This document shows, piece after piece, positions 1-12,513 of a DNA stretch of 45,222 nt. Within the stretch, counting starts at the first letter, position 1. Each line of letters begins with the position of its first letter. A program made the translations under genes and the position numbers. This stretch comes from Octopus bimaculoides. Taxonomy: Eukaryota. A model generated the notes under the pieces. The model saw nothing but the letters and a program-made list of their open reading frames with translations. It had not been told where the DNA came from and did not search any database. The stretch spans positions 73,767,885-73,813,106 of the forward strand of contig NC_068985.1 in NCBI RefSeq assembly GCF_001194135.2, written 5' to 3'.

Positions 1-1
1 T

Positions 2-4
<3 letters not shown>

Positions 5-51
<47 letters not shown>
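5..51. repeat. (GA)n microsatellite
   Basis: Pure AG dinucleotide run. Confidence 0.95.
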
Positions 52-55
<4 letters not shown>

Positions 56-466
56 TCATAAAAGGGAGAATTTCGATTATCGCCACGTGGTGAGTTATAA
101 TATAAAAAATATGTAAATGTTATATGTAAAATAAGAGAAGGAAAATGCACACATTTTACATGGTTTTAATATATTTCAAAATATATTTCATATTGCGATT
201 GTCGACCGTTTTCACTTTCGCTTATCATGACATTGAAATTATTGTAATTTCGTATTTTGTTAACAAGATTTTAGTTCATGTTGTGAATGGAGAAGTTAAT
301 GAATGAATGATTCAACAAGTGGAAGAATGTTTAAATAAAGAAAATACATTCATCGAAAAATACAGAACAGCAACAACGCCAGGCTGGCCGTAAAAATAAC
401 GTGAACATACGCCCATGCTTAGACGAGATTTATCCCCTTTGACATATGCATAACCATATGCATGCA

Positions 467-474
467 TACATACA

Positions 475-510
<36 letters not shown>

Positions 511-564
511 TATANNNNNNNNNNNNNNNNNNNNNNNNNNNNNNNNNNNNNNNNNNNNNNNNNN
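467..564. repeat. (TACA)n/(TA)n microsatellite running into an assembly gap (N 515-564)
   Basis: Direct inspection. Confidence 0.9.
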
Positions 565-609
565 GGATTGGGTTTGCAATATTTTTTATGTGATTTCGTG
601 TGTTGAAGC

Positions 610-836
610 ATATTCTGTTGTGTCTGGGGAGAGTCATTTTCTTATTGTGCCTTAAAAGTTAACACACTCACCGTTAAAATTTCCATTTATTTCTTATTTT
701 TATTTTCCTAGGAAAACAAAAAATAAAAATAAAAAACATTAAAAGAAAAAGAAAAATAAGTGGAAATTTTACCGGTGAGTGTGTTAAAATTTAAGGCACA
801 ATATGAAAATGACTCTCCCCGGACACAACAGAATAT
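610..836. mobile_element. Fold-back palindromic element (MITE-like)
   Basis: 610-690 (atattctgttgtgtctggggagagtcattttc...aacacactcaccgttaaaatttcca) is the reverse complement of ~755-836 with few mismatches. Central palindrome ttttcctaggaaaa; TA-rich flanks. Confidence 0.75.
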
Positions 837-849
837 ATATATATATATA

Positions 850-2335
850 GTTACTATTCTTCTATTAATCCAGCTGTACTTAGGAAATCACTCTGATTTG
901 CACACATCAAAGCATGTCACCCGGGACGAAATTAATGTGGTGTTAGCTGTCAGAGAATCAATTTGAAAATAAGTTCTATGTCCGTAAAGATACGCTTGAT
1001 AGTTTTGATATCACGATAGGATGTTCCGATTCAGCACAATTGGCTGATTTGGTCATATCTATATCCTTTATGAGATTGCTGACCAATTCCCTAACATGAA
1101 TGGAGGTTGATATCGTGATGATTGTCTACTCTACCTTCAAAATGCTTCTAACCCAAAATCACAACCAATAGGTTGGTTACATTTTTAGGAAACCTGGGCT
1201 TAATCATTGTTTTCGATGATGACATAACTACAGCCAACTTTTAAGATATTAACCATAACTTTTTTATGATTCATATTTCCCATATCATAAAACCTCAACT
1301 AATTTAAAATATACTAGCTTTTTTAGTAATCAGTAGTTAGAAATATTTGACTTAGACTTTCTAGATTATCTGCTAACGTTGATATCTTTAACGATAAAGC
1401 AAAAGTTTATGACTCTGACTTACTTACATCACGCTATAAAGAAAAAAATTACGTATATTAACCCTATAGACATTAATTCTGCGCCTATTAATTAGGACAT
1501 GAAAACACATCAAAGCAGTAATAACAATATAAGTTTTAGTTCGAATAATAACAATAAATCGAAAAATGTATTTTTGCAGCGTAAGGGAGGTAACCGTCCT
1601 TTATATCCATTTATACGTAATGAAAATAGGTCTTGGACTTTTAGAGATGATTACCCAAATAGAAGTTTGCGTCTAGTAAAACAATTTGGTTGATCATTCC
1701 ATTTGATAAGTAGATCAAATCGAACCTCCCCTATAAATTTCGTGAAGCTATAGACAACGAATAGTATAGGATTTTCAAGCACCAAAATCCTGTTACAAAT
1801 CATTTCTTCACATAACCATAAGTTATTAAATGCAAATCCACTAAATGTAAATAATAACAGCGATATTATTAACGCTAACCATTGTTTGAACAATAATAAT
1901 AACAATATCAATATTTCTGATATAAATTCGAATCGAATTTGTTTCCTTAGCAGTAATTATAAGACTAGAAGTTCTGTTTATCAATGTAAAATTACTTCCG
2001 GTTCTGATGTCTTTCTTTATATACGTAGCTCGTCGTCTCAGTTGTCGAAACTAATATCTATCCATTATTCTACATATAGACATATCAATAAACACAATAA
2101 TACTGGACTTAGTAAATTAATTTGGTCTCTAAAGGAACATAATAAGAAATACTTTTTCAAATGGAAAATTATATCTAGATCTTTCTCATATGACAACGTC
2201 AAATATTTGTGTCCGCTCTATAACGAAGAGCTATTTTTCATACGTTTCTCGAAGAACACTCTTGTAAACGCGTTTAAAGAATGCGTTTTTGGTTATAAAC
2301 ATTGGCAAAAACATACCTTTAGTTCCTATAAGTAA
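850..2335 (+). mobile_element. 5'-truncated, decayed Penelope-like retroelement (RT + C-terminal GIY-YIG endonuclease; Naiad-like motifs)
   Basis: Broken frames give YYSSINP (FYPSI-like), FDITIGCSDSAQLADLV at ~1004 (FDVTMGSYDGAEVCELV-like), YRDD at 1111, LDFLD and IISSHNHKLL. An open frame at 1754-2335 contains VYQCK...YIR, TGLSKLIWSLK, WKII, CPLYNEE. Confidence 0.85.
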
Positions 2336-2479
2336 TTTGTACCAATCTATAAAATTCGACCTTTAACTGTCTTCTTACATTTCATTTCCACTACATATAT
2401 CTATTTCCACGCTTTTAAACGTTATTCCCATTCATCTATCACATCATATATTTTCCACTCTTATATATACATATATATA

Positions 2480-4017
2480 TTGAACCACAAAAGAAACGTT
2501 GCACTTTAAAAGATTATTTGTTTCTTACACGATATTGAGATTTATGGAGTTTATCACATTTCTAACTATTTTGACATCAGAAAGATATTACTAACCCACA
2601 CAACATCAATCTCCTTTGAAAACACAATAATTGCATGTTGGGTTCTAATTCGATCATATTTCGTGAACATGGTAATGCTCGCGAATGCATCTTTATGAAA
2701 AGCAGGATGCAGGGTCAACACGTCGAATCATTTTGGTATGAAAGGCATCCAAATTTACCAGCCTGTCATCCATATTCCCGTACGCAGCAAACATGCCAAG
2801 ACTGACACAAAATCAGAAGGAGCAAGCCATCGGACGCCTCCATACGGGTCAACGTCGGTCGATGTGTCATTGATGATGACATGAACTGCAGTATTCAGAC
2901 AAACGAGCGGCTGAGGGAAGGATCCAATGCCACAAATAGCACGGAAGATAGTACATGAAGTGGCTGACTGAGGGTTCAAACGGCACGTCAAGATCCCCGT
3001 CTGCACCGACATCACTTGTAGGACCGATTCCGGAAGGTAACGGAATCCACGAGGCAGACTATAGGGAGTCACCACAGACCTATTTGTGCATAATCAGTTA
3101 GCCGCCGGCTGAGATCATTCAATCTGTTTTGCCGACGTCCGGCTAGGGGCCCCATCCTCACAGATCGTCAGCGACGGGCACGTCTGCAGTGGGCCCAAAC
3201 ACGTCAGAACTAGTGATATCAGCAGTAGAGAAGTGTAGTCGTCATTGACGAAAGTCGATATTGCATTTCCGTAGCAGATAACAGAGCTAGGATATGGAGA
3301 AGGGGTGAACGTCATGCCGATGGTTGTGTATGAAGAGATTCTCATGGGGTGGACAGAGCATCATGATACGGGGCGTGATACACTCAACCAGACTTGGACC
3401 GGTGGTCCTCCAAATCATCGGCCAAAGCCGGGGCAATGGAGTAACAGCTACTCACTACATCGATCAAGTGTTGAGACTTCATATTGTGCAATACTTTGCC
3501 CATCAACGCAGTCAAGTTTTCCAACACAACAACGCCTGTGCCCCCACTGCCAGCGTGACAACAGACTTCCGCTAACAGCACAACATCCAGACAATGCTAT
3601 GTCCTCCCTAAGTCCGGACTTGAACTTCATAGAGCACATGTGGGACGAAATCCAAATGAAGTTAAATGACATCCGTCCAAGGCTGACACCTGCGACACAA
3701 CTCACTACAAGTTTTAACAGAGTGTGGGCTACGATCCCCATGGCTTTCATCAATCGTTTGGTGCATTTAATGTACATAAGATGCCTGGTGGTAATAAACG
3801 CTAACGGTGGTCACAGGAGATATTGAATTCATTCTTTGGATCCAGGACACTCCATCATCACGTGATACCCTGTCACGTCAGACATATTCCAGGAGACGAC
3901 GTTTTATCATTAGAAAATATCGGTTTCTTAATTAGTGCTCTTCAATCAATGCTATAACAATCTGTTAATAAACCAGATTTTATTTAGTATTTGTGCGACA
4001 TTTCATTTGTGGTTCAG
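2480..4017 (+). mobile_element. Full-length decayed Tc1-family (DD34E-type) DNA transposon
   Basis: TIRs ttgaaccacaaaagaaacgttgcact / rc ctgaaccacaaatgaaatgtcgcaca (21/26) with TA on both flanks. Transposase relic 2793-3826: MPRLTQNQKEQAIGRL, DESR, FQHNNA, SPDLNFIEHMW, NGGHRRY; it carries stops and frameshifts. Confidence 0.92.
2793..3826 (+). pseudogene. Tc1 transposase pseudogene
   Basis: Multiple in-frame stops and frameshifts; the second catalytic D reads as N (QHNNA). Confidence 0.88.
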
Positions 4018-4020
4018 TAA

Positions 4021-4125
4021 ATACACACACACACACACACACACATACACACACACACACATAAATACATACATGCATACATATATATACATAAGTGTGT
4101 GTGCGTGTGTGTGAGCGTCTGTGTG
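4021..4125. repeat. (CA)n/(TA)n/(TG)n compound microsatellite
   Basis: Direct inspection. Confidence 0.9.
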
Positions 4126-6232
4126 TTGTTTGGGGGATGCTTGCAAATAAAGAATAAGGCATTACACATATTTAATTGGTGCCGTAATTATTTAATAACA
4201 GATTGACTCATCCACACATTGATTGAAATTTCGCAAGGCAGATATATCTCTTCATCGTCAGATGTATGAAGGCAGAGTAAACAAATATTAAGAAGGTGTC
4301 CTACTTCTGAATATTGTGGGCTTTCATTGCAATTTCATCACACTTTAATATTGTTGGAAATTATTGGTTTATTATATAATACTCTACTTTATATAGAAGA
4401 CACATTATTGGTGTCATGTAGCTGGAGATTTGTAGTGACACGGGATTTAACGAAATTAGTTCCTGGCACATTATACAGTGATTTAATCTAGAATAATCAC
4501 CTTCTCTACTTTCTTCTATATTCTGCTTTTGCTGCTCGTGTTGTAGACATGCAGAAGTAGGAAAACATGAAATGTAACGAACTTATCATATTGGATGGTC
4601 TACAAAATTCGTTTGAAATATTGTACTTTTAACATGATTTTCATGCATAGGATACGTTGAAAGTTATTCTTGTCATTGTTGTCATCTTTTGAAATGTTAA
4701 CACCTGATGTACATATATATTGGTCCATATATGTCCAGGGAAGGGATTATTTCTGCACTCTGTACTCTTTCTAATCTCAGAAATATTAAAGAAGTGAAGT
4801 TGATGAAAGGAAAAATAATAAATAGAATACATAAGAATGAGAAAAATATGCTACAAAATGAAGGTGGACTGTTTGAATTGTGTTGGTATCCTTGAAATTT
4901 CCATAAAATAATCACATGACCGATTAATTAAAAATAACTGATATGCGAAGAATCCATACAATAACGTTGCTTCTGGAGATGTGTTATTCCGCACTCTCAG
5001 TTTGTAACTTAAATTGAAATTAGCTTTTGGATATATATATCTATTTTGTGTCTATTAAAATTGACTTCAGAAGTTCTACATTATCATATATTTATGAGAA
5101 TGTCTTCTGAGCTATTACCAAGAATGCTGGTTATTCTTGTTTAAAAAATATCCCTTGCCGCCGTTGTTAAGCAACACATTTTACAGCTTCACTGTTGATA
5201 ATATAATTAATGTTTCTGAATACCGATGAAATAAACCACATTAGCCTTTGTTTCTGTATACAATATCCTCACAGTGTTAAAGTATTTTCTTAGTAGCAAT
5301 GTGCAATAAAGAAAACAAAATCTTGAATTCTTCTAATATGAGGCAGAGTAAGTTTGTTAGTTTCAAGATAAGATATAAAGGTATTAGAAAAATTAAAATA
5401 TTACAAAAGCAGATGGACGTGGGAAGTGATAAACTAGGGTAGATTATTTCAAATGCTGATTGACAAGCTTAAATATTAAACCAGAATCTATGCAACATAT
5501 CTCAAGTTTAAAACTGAGGAAATTTAACCACGACACATGTCTGAAACTACAGACTCACATTGTCAACCATGGAAACACCATCTGTATATTTTCTAGTTAA
5601 AAATATACATAATTTCCTTTCATCTATTGACTGTCGGTATTTATTATATATTCGATATATCAAATTAGAAGCTATATAAAACGATATATTAATGCTCATT
5701 CAATTTCAAAGAAACATTAAATTATAGAACTTTCTGTGCTCTCAACCTAAGAACTGGTTTCAGCAGAATTGTGCCAAAATTATGCATGGATTGTTTATAT
5801 AAATTTCAAAACTACTTTAAAGATTTTACTGTGTAGTGGTAAAATACATTGTATCATATAAAAAAGAAATTGTAAATGTTAAAACCATTTTCTATATAGT
5901 ACTCTACAAAAAGTCCTCACAAAAATGTTAACCGTAGGCCTTTAGGTGCATTTAGTCATTCTGGAGTATCACATTTGCATTGGAATATCTTAGATCTTTA
6001 GTCTCGCATTTGCATGTATCCAGTTTTCTTTTGTATTTGCATGGCATATCTAGTCTTGGAATTAACGACTTTTTCTTGTAGGGGATTGCTACGCTTTAAA
6101 TGAATTTTTTCCTGATGGCAGATGCATTATGTTAAATGGAAATACATCTAGGTAATTTTTAAATATTTCAAATTTCCTAATATACGTCATGCAAAATATT
6201 CTACTGGCAATAAATTCTAGATGCTCTGTGTA

Positions 6233-7530
6233 CAAAGTGCATTACAGAAGTTTTTATACTTTTTCAGCAGAGACATATATTAATTTCAGATAAGTGCAAA
6301 ACTCAACTTTCCTTCAAAGTTGGATTTTCTGACTTCAGTACACTTGTTATAGCGTACTAACCATTTCATGAAGTTCCCATTGAAGTTCGCCAAAGTGAAG
6401 GTGTTTAGGGCTCTTGTCACAGCCCCCTTCATCTTCACAATCTTATCAAAACTACTGCCCATGAGACTCTCCTTCCGCCTGGGGAACAATCTCGGGGGGC
6501 AAGGTCTGGAGTGTAGAAAGTTTAAGGAAACGTTGTGTGCCCAGTTCTGTGAAGTAGTTGGTTACCAGAATGGAACTGTGAACTGGTGCATTGTCCTGGT
6601 TCCGGTGCCACCGACCAGAATGGAAGAGTTTTGACCTTTTGTGACGAAATCTCTTCCTGAAATCCCTCATATCCTCTACAAGGCACTGTCCGCTGTATGG
6701 CCAGAGAAATCTCAGTGGATACAGATTATGCCCTTGCTTCTGAAGCAGTGGATAATCAGTGATTCCCGGTGCACTTACTTTGTTTGGCCTTTTTGGGCCT
6801 GGGTGAATCATAATGTTTCCATTTGGAACTCTTTATCTCAATGTATACATCACAACCGTGGTACCGGCTTTGATCACGGGACATCAGGGACTCACGCGCT
6901 TGGCTTGAATATAATGAACCATTTCCCAGTTGTCATCCGTACCTTCCTTCGTCGCTGGACACCATGGGAACAGATTTCCCTCGAGTTTTACTTACGCTCC
7001 AGTCTTCATGAATAATTCTGTGTAGAGTTGCTACAGCAATTTCACACTGTAGGCTTGTTGTTGTTATATACACAACAAGCTTACAGAACATTGCAAATTC
7101 ATTCTACCAGCTTTGTTGGTCTGATGTACCTCTTCCCAACACACATCTCATTGTCTCTCACCTCGTCTCCATCTTATTTGAACCTGTTGATCTACCGAAA
7201 AACAGATGTTAGCCTCATACAAGTTAATCCATAAGCAGTCTAGAATATTTCATAACTTTCTGTAGAGGTTTTGTCCAGTTTAATAGTGAGTTTTATTGGA
7301 TAGCGAGCTTCCAAATCTTCGTGCTCCAGTTGCATAATGCGAACTATCCAGTGTTTAGCATGGTAGGTTCAAAGTCGTGTTACAGTCGTCTCAGGCTATC
7401 TGAAAGGAACAAGTTAGAAATTCAGTTCATTAGATCTATAGTAGTAGTAGTATACTACAATTAAAATAATCTACGACGGCTGAACCTGCATCTCTCCTAA
7501 AGTGCTTTGACATTTCTGGAATGCACCTCG
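6233..7530 (-). mobile_element. Full-length decayed mariner (DD34D-type) transposon
   Basis: Ends including TA: tacaaagtgcattacagaagt (6231) vs rc tacgaggtgcattccagaaat (7532), 17/21; ~1.3 kb. Minus-strand peptides RKRFRHKRSKLF..WH.NQDNAPVHSSILVTNY, YTPDLAP, RYNKC..NFEG. Confidence 0.88.
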
Positions 7531-9939
7531 TAAACTTTATCCGTAATAGAATGGAATTTTCAGGGTTAAAATAGTGGGTATCTAAAATTGCCTAATGCTG
7601 TTGAAAGCAACATTTAGAACCCCATAGTTTAAAAAGGAGTAGATATGAATAAAATGAGAAATCATTTTCGGGGAATACTATTTCTGGTGATGACATGTTC
7701 TATAGTTAATGTATTACATTTGAGAAATGAATTTGCAATTGGATTTTACATTTTATGTCACATTATATCAATGTCATAAATCATAATCAACTTCAATCTC
7801 TAACTAATTGGCATGAAAGGCCTTACAAAGTCGGAATTACCCTTCAATATATTTTGTGTCTCCAAGTTAGTTTTTGTGCTGCTATAAAATTTAATCGTCA
7901 GAGGTTTAACATAAGTCAATACGCAGGACTTCCCGTCTTTCACCTCTTGACGGTGAATGTCTCATCACAATGCAATACAAGAATGCCTTTATCACACATT
8001 TCTAATATTTAGCCTTGTCCCTTACATCAGTAATCCTGTTTGGTTTTCAGAATCAAGTTTAATGAAACTCTTCTTTCCCAATATCTGGGAAAATCTAATC
8101 ATCATTTGAATCTTTAGTTCCTCATTTCCATTATTTTAATTAGACTTGGAATATTTTACTTAAAATAGCATCCGATTCGAAGCTGAATACACTTGGACCA
8201 CCAATAAAACATTGAGACTGAGCTGCTTTACATATTGTGGAGAAATATAGGCGTTATTGCTATCACACTGAATTATTTGATTCAATAAGTTCACGTTGTT
8301 GGCAATTATGTCTGTTAATACCGTCCCCAACTTCATTGAATTGACAACTAAAAGGCATTTCCCATGTGCTTTTGAGTCATGAAGAAGTTTTGCTTTAAAC
8401 AGCATTCTACTGCTGAACATCAAATGTTAATGTACGAATTCTCATGAATTAAGATATGTTATGTAATAAAATCTACTAGTATCATATTTACAACATATAT
8501 CAGCATACCAATATTCAAGGGTACTGAGTATTTTCATAGTCATTTATTTTATCGGTAATAATTTCATTTATCACTGGACTCACGCTTCCGTTTTCCGCAT
8601 TGTTAAGCAGAAATTTGTTTCTACGTACAGGAGTATCAAAGAGTGAACAGGGAAATCGAAAGTTGGTTTATTTCGTATCTTTACTAAATTAAATTGCTTA
8701 CTAATGAAAATCAGACATGATCTACTATTGTTATACTCCATTTCTTTGTAGGAAGCCAAATCACAGAACGTTGCGATTGCATTTTCAATCAATGAACAAC
8801 ACCTTTGGATTCGAAAAGAGCAATCTCCATTACCTCAAACATGCATTGTTTAAAAGAATTGAGAAAATAGACAAAATGCAAAAAAAGGAATATATTAGGG
8901 AAATAAATATATTTTATTTGCACATTAAATATAATTTAATAGCATTTGTATAATTTAGTGGATTATGTGCAAATGTAACCATATTACCTGTTTGGATAAC
9001 CGCATTGAATAATTAATTATTCTAATTAAAAATTTAATGCGTATTACGATATTTTGTCAGTACAAACAGTAGAATTTTATATTACCAAAACTTAATCCAC
9101 AGAAACATATTCTTTACTATTAATATCACTTATTCTCTGCAAATCGTGCGATTTACAATAAAATAGGTCGGGAATGATTAAAAATGAACTACAAATATTA
9201 TGTAAATGGGTTTTTGTAAATATGCGTCTCTACGTGTGTAACTACGTGATCAATATAACTTGTCAATATTCTAGCACTTAATTATTGCTATGAAAAACAT
9301 AGAAACATTTGATAACACAAGTAAATAGTATTTACGCGACATGTCAGAAATTCTATATTGTACAAACCTATTAGTCTTTCTCTCCATCTGTGACTGATAT
9401 ATCGATTCGTTCATACGTTATGGGGAAGCTATATTTGTTTGTCGAAACGTTTAATATATTACAGAGTTAGCATACTTGTAGCCAATTTATTGATATGGAT
9501 CTATTGCAGCATGTTTTCCATATAATTTAATCTCTAATTTCAAGAATCAGCGTATATAAGTAGAAACGTGTATTTCGTCGTGCATACGTATGAGTGTTGG
9601 TCTGTTTAGAACTTGCTGTTTATAGACGTCTCACTTTACTTCTCGAAAGACAAATATATAGGAATATGATATAATTTCTATTTTACTGATAGAAAGAAAC
9701 ATCTATATCTAGTGAAATTAACGTTGTGTTAAACTACACCAAGGAATACAGTATAATAGATTCATTTGTATATTTATGAGTACGGATCTCTTATCTGATG
9801 GAAAGCAAATGCGTCCTATCAGATAAGAAGTCTAGTTCTTATCTATTCCCCTTTGAATCCAATCAGGTGTCCATGTGTGAAAGGGTCTGTGTTTGAGTGT
9901 ATCTGTGCATGAGAATGAACACGTATATATCTATATATT

Positions 9940-9956
9940 TACACACACACACATAC

Positions 9957-10017
<61 letters not shown>

Positions 10018-10135
10018 TTTGTGTGTGTGTATATTATGTGTGTGTATATATGTGTGTGTATGTATGCAAAGAACACATGCACACAGATATACGCAAAAGA
10101 CACCTACAACTATGTGTATATATGTGTATATGTAA
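9940..10135. repeat. Compound CA/TA/TG microsatellite
   Basis: Direct inspection. Confidence 0.9.
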
Positions 10136-10199
10136 GTGCACACGCATTGCAATAAAAATTATAGAAAAGGATCAAAGATAGACGTCGACGAACATAAAG

Positions 10200-10380
10200 A
10201 AAGAGGAGGAGAAGAAGAAGTGGAAGAAAAAAGGAGAAGAGGAAGAAGAAGAAGAAGAAGAAGAAGAAGAAGAAGAAGAAGAAGAAGAAGAAGAAGAAGA
10301 AGAAGAAGAAGAAGAAGAAGAAAAAGAAGAAGAAGAAGAAGAAGATGATGATGATGATGATGATAATGATGATGATGATG
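10200..10380. repeat. Polypurine (GAA)n followed by (GAT)n
   Basis: Long GAA run then GAT run; explains the poly-F/R/S ORFs. Confidence 0.95.
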
Positions 10381-10684
10381 ACAAAAGAAAAAAAATAGAA
10401 GAAATATAAAGATTGAAAAAGTGGTTTAGGGCTACCTAAATTAAACGAATTCACAACGGCAGCTGGACAAATAGTTACAGCGATAGATTGGTAGATATAG
10501 TGTTGTGTATAAACAAAATGACTGATAAATGTGCTTACTTGCAACAATCTAAAAAAAAATCATTTTCTAATACCTTGTTCTTTCGACATGTAAATATCAT
10601 TAAAATCACTAAATATTCTGTGTTTGTAAGTTTACATTTTTGATGTACATATTTTTTCTGCATAGTTATTAATTATGTCTTCTT

Positions 10685-10905
10685 AAGGCGGTGCCCTGCA
10701 GGAATTGTTAACACGCCGAGTAAAATGGTTAGCGGTATTTCGTCGCTTTTTAAGATCTGAGTTCAAATTTCGACGAGGCCCACTTTCCCTTTCATCCTTT
10801 CAAGAGTCGATCATATATGTATCAGTTGGGACCCTTTCTCCAAAATTCCCCTCTCCACCGAAATTGCTTCGTTTGTGTCACTATCTTAAACCGTTCTTTT
10901 ATCTA
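10685..10905 (+). mobile_element. tRNA-derived SINE, family A (aaggcgg...gagttcaaat head)
   Basis: Pol III B-box-like gagttcaaatt at ~10760; clear homology to 43929-44081. Confidence 0.8.
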
Positions 10906-11249
10906 TTATTTGTTCCAGTCATTTGATGGCAGATATGCTGGGACACCATCTTGAATGAAATCGACCCAAGGACTTATTTCTTAAGCCTAGTACTTATTCT
11001 ATCGGCCTGTTTTGTCGAACCGCTATGTTACGGGGAGATAAACACATCAACACTGGTTGTGAAGCAGTGATGGGGGAAACACATAGATATATACATATAC
11101 ACTACGGGTTTCTTTCACTTTCCGTCCTATCAAATCCACTCAAAAAGCCTTAGTCGGCTCGCGGTTATAATAGAAGACACTTCCAAAGGTGCCAGGCAGT
11201 GCGACCATGTGGCTGTGAGTCAAGCTTCTTACCACACAACCACGCCTGC
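10905..11249 (-). mobile_element. tRNA-derived SINE, family B (octopus OK/OR-like)
   Basis: Homologous to 13641-14062, 37519-37598 and 39560-39725; tRNA-like head at the right end (rc gcaggcgtggttgtgtggtaagaagctt). Confidence 0.8.
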
Positions 11250-11879
11250 TTCTATTTATAACTTTATATGAATTATAGTTTACAGTAATTCTGTGAAATA
11301 TTTCTTTGGATTTAATTGTATTGAAAGACTAATTATATTCATGTCAAGTAAATGCGAAACGATTCTCCAGTGGTTTCTTTGATAAGCATTCTAAGTATGT
11401 TATTAGGTGAAATGCCTATTCTTTGAATTACTGAATAATTTGATGAGAATTACAAATAGACAATTTATGATAAACTGCTCTTAAAACTGTATATTATCGA
11501 TAATATGGCCTACAATCAATTCTCGACAAAGTAATTCTACTCAGAGTACATGAATTGATCCGAAACAAACTAGGTTAAGAGAGAGGTAGTGAGCTGAAGA
11601 TGTAAACTAATGAGCCCGAGATGAATTTCATAACAACTCGTTCATGAATTAAGTAGGTTGTATTAAGCTGACATCTAGATTGAAGTATAATAACAATTTC
11701 TAGATTTTATACATAGAAATCAAATTCATTTCGTACAAGTTGTGGTGCGTACTGTATCTTACTAATTGAATAGCATAAGACGAGTAGCATATATATATAT
11801 ACTTTGTTAATAAAGCAGAAAAGACATCACATCTGTTCAGAGTTTCACGCTGCTGTTCGTCGGACAGTTTGTACACATA

Positions 11880-12015
11880 CACACACACACATACACACAT
11901 CTATATATATNNNNNNNNNNNNNNNNNNNNNNNNNNNNNNNNNNNNNNNNNNNNNNNNNNNNNNNNNNNNNNNNNNNNNNNNNNNNNNNNNNNNNNNNNN
12001 NNNNNNNNNNNNATA

Positions 12016-12050
<35 letters not shown>

Positions 12051-12075
12051 GTGTGTGTGTGTATATATACACACA
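11880..12075. repeat. CA/TA microsatellite with N gap 11911-12012
   Basis: Direct inspection. Confidence 0.9.
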
Positions 12076-12513
12076 CAGGCAGATTCAGCTTGAGAGCTGC
12101 GGTGATGAGGTGATGAAGGGGTAGAATCTTCACTACTGTATATAACTATAAACAAGCTAATGTTTAGGTGTGTATGAGCACCGAAATGTGTATTGTATGA
12201 TAGAAATGAGGTGTTAATTCATTTTTGAACATAGAGTCGTCGTTAGAACAGCGGAAACATTGGGTAAATTAGCTTCACAAAGACTCCGGCCAAGTTCTTT
12301 ACCATTAAGCTAAACTGACCACCTACAAATTAATCCACTACAAAAGATGTAGGTTCAAGTCAATTTTTCCGCTATTTAAGAGTAATTTACCCAATAAATT
12401 TTCATCTTCACATTACACATTTCGACGCTTATAAAGAACAAATGTTTGTTCATATTCTTATACAAGTGGTTGTACATTTATCTTTATAAACGACTAAAAA
12501 GCAGATTAATTTC

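Noticed and set aside
4330-4915. Minus-strand open frames (SFCSIFFSFLCILF..LERV; RYISCFPTSACLQHEQQ..) as further GPCR exons
   Set aside because: Cys-to-ERY spacing and TM7 motif do not fit; composition explains the hydrophobicity.
7560-8950. Several 70-87 aa ORFs and an FIGGPS string suggestive of a polymerase B motif
   Set aside because: No second motif in register and no consistent frame; left unassigned.
9893-10547. Poly-F/R/S/H, YIYI and CVCV ORFs here and at 14750-14986, 23626-24137, 32059-32491, 35307-35555
   Set aside because: They are translations of microsatellites.
10539-10548. 10-nt minus-strand microexon-like site; likewise 27146-27156 (11 nt) and a donor at ~18481
   Set aside because: A few such acceptor/donor pairs are expected by chance in 45 kb of AT-rich DNA, and the lengths are not frame-preserving.
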